Shown here in pieces: positions 62,249 through 64,000 of a DNA stretch of 64,000 nt. How positions within the stretch are numbered: position 1 is the first letter of the stretch; each line of letters opens with the position of its first letter. The DNA comes from Isurus oxyrinchus (taxonomy: Eukaryota), in NCBI GenBank assembly GCA_026770705.1, contig JANJGN010000151.1, forward strand, positions 496,001 to 560,000, in the 5' to 3' direction. Under the pieces are notes generated by a model. It ran no database searches. It worked only from the letters and a program-made list of their open reading frames with translations, and was not told the DNA's origin. The position numbers and the translations under genes are program-made.

Positions 62249-62809
62249 TGTCACACCCACAAAAAAAGGAAGAATTCTACTTCGAATGTGAGGTCACGCG
62301 GACCTTTTCAAAAGATCATCACATTTAACAAGAACAGCTAATTACATTAGCTTGTCTTTAAAATTTGAATTTATAATAAAAACGAACTTTGTAAATGGCA
62401 ATGTAATGCTTCAATCCCACTTATCCTTTTCGACGCATTTCCCTGCTGACTTCTTTCTTATCATCCCTTCTCCATTCGGTAAAAAAAATGTGTACAGTTT
62501 CTTCTTTCAGTCTTTGATTTAAGGAGATGGCCCTTTGCTACTTCTCTGGGTATTAATTCACAACCCCTGCAACCCCGATGCCTATAGATTCAGCCCTGGA
62601 TACGAGAGGTTATTCATGAAAAAAAATGCCTTTAATTGAATAATATAATAATCCTGATAGTCCTGTGCCGAATCTGCTCGTCCCCAGTATGGAATGAATA
62701 TGTGAGTGCCGCAACTCTTCTAGAGAGACAGACTTATATCCTTTTCAAAGCGGATATTACTACTGGTTCGCTTCCTTGCAGATGAATCCGAATGTATGAT
62801 ATCATGAAG

Positions 62810-64000
62810 ATAAAAGCAAAATACTGCGGATGAATCAAAAAGAAAAATACCTAGAAAGACTCAACAGGTCTGACAGAATCTACGAAGCGGAATACAGTTG
62901 ACGTTTCGACTATGTATGACTCTTCATCAGAACTAAGGAAAAAGAGAAATGAGATGAAATATATGCTGTTGGGTGGGGGGGGGGGGGGGGGGGGGGCGGT
63001 GCCGTGTGGTGGGACAAGTAGAGCTGGGTAGGGGGCCAGTGATAGGTGGAGGCAAAGAAGAGATTGCCAAAGATGTCATAGACAAAATGACAAAGGGGTG
63101 TTGACGGTGGTGACATTATCTAAGGAATGTGCTCATGGGGATATTAAGGGTAGCAAGCAGGACAAGCTGGTGGCAGATGGCCCAATTGCGGGTGGGGCGG
63201 GGGGAAGGGATCGAATTGGGCTGAAAGGTGGAGATTAAAAAAATAGATCGAAATAAATTTTAAAATAGGTGGGGAAAAATATATTTTTATTATATATTAT
63301 TGGAAAAGGGGGTATCAGAAAGGGGGTGGAGATGGAAGAGAGAGTTCATGATCTGAAATTGTTGAACTCAATTTTAAGTCCAGAAGGCTGCAAAGTACCT
63401 AGTCGGAAGATGAGGTGTTCTTCCTCCAGTTTGCGTTGAACTTCACTGGAACCTTGCAGCAGGCCAAGGACGGACATGTGGGCATGAGAGCAGGGTGGAG
63501 TGTAGAAATGGCAAGCGACAGGGAGGTCTGGGTCATGCTTGCGGACAGGCCAAAGGTATTCTGCAAAGCGGTCACCCAGTCTGTGTTTGGTGTCTCCAAT
63601 GTAGAGGAAAGTGCATTGGAAGCAGCAAAGACAGTAGACTAAATTGAGGGAAGTGCAAGTGAAGCACTGCTGCACTTGAACGGAGTCTTAGGGCTCTTTG
63701 ACGGTGAGAAGGGGTAAGTGTTGTATCTTCTGCGGTTGCATGGGAAGGTGCCGTGGGAGGGGGTGAGGTGTAGGGGGTGATGAAGGAGTGGACCAGGGTA
63801 TCCTGGAGGGAATGATCCCTGCGGAAAGCCACCTGGGACGTGAAGGGATTATGTGTTTAATGGTGGAATCATGCTGGTTTTGGTGGAATTGACGGAGGAT
63901 GATCCTTTGAATGCAGAGGCTGGTGGAGTGATAAGTGAGGACACGGAGGACCCTATCATGGTTGTGGGAGGGAGAGGAAAGTGTGAGGATGGATGCGTAG
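62810..64000 (-). mobile_element. Penelope-like retroelement with GIY-YIG endonuclease domain
   Basis: ORF 63346-63675: NLVYCLCC..C..LYIGDT..RL..RF.E...PVACHF...RKLEEEHLIFRLGTLQPSGL. Confidence 0.93.
62897..62933 (-). ncRNA. Minimal hammerhead ribozyme-like motif in Penelope terminal repeat
   Basis: CUGAUGA-stemII-GAAAC-GUC core on the minus strand; stem II is imperfect. Confidence 0.5.

Noticed and set aside
21400-62800. Ig heavy/light, IgNAR, TCR beta or gamma assignment
   Set aside because: Shark Ig genes are clustered with D/J/C next to each V, and none is present here. Many divergent families with 23-RSS and CAV/CAL/CAM ends fit TRA/D best, though alpha vs delta use cannot be determined.

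Overview
Vertebrate genomic DNA, very probably from a cartilaginous fish (shark-type CR1, Penelope and DeuSINE-like repeats). About 21.4-62.8 kb is a translocon-type array of T-cell receptor alpha/delta-like variable (TRAV/DV) segments. I read about 19 V segments or remnants plus 2 orphan leaders, in both orientations. Where recognisable, they carry 23-type recombination signal sequences (RSS), and no D, J or C segment was found. Four segments look intact: 24134-24634 (+), 35338-35771 (-), 41094-41426 (+) and 49843-50302 (+). The rest are pseudogenes produced by inverted and direct duplication of a multi-V cassette. Family letters A-F are my own working labels. The first ~21 kb is non-genic: a 54-bp (2x27) minisatellite, older 27-bp arrays, retroelement debris and two assembly gaps. 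The most notable observations are: (1) an intact V with almost no CDR2 and VNAR-like strand spacing; (2) an intronless leader+V gene; (3) CTCF motifs 22-26 bp downstream of V RSSs and in V promoters; (4) a five-copy RUNX/ETS/E-box enhancer-like module; (5) a V family with a conserved 5'-UTR intron; (6) an ambiguous heptamer register (22 vs 24 bp spacer); and (7) a micro-inversion inside one V gene. All calls come from reading the sequence by eye; no searches were run.
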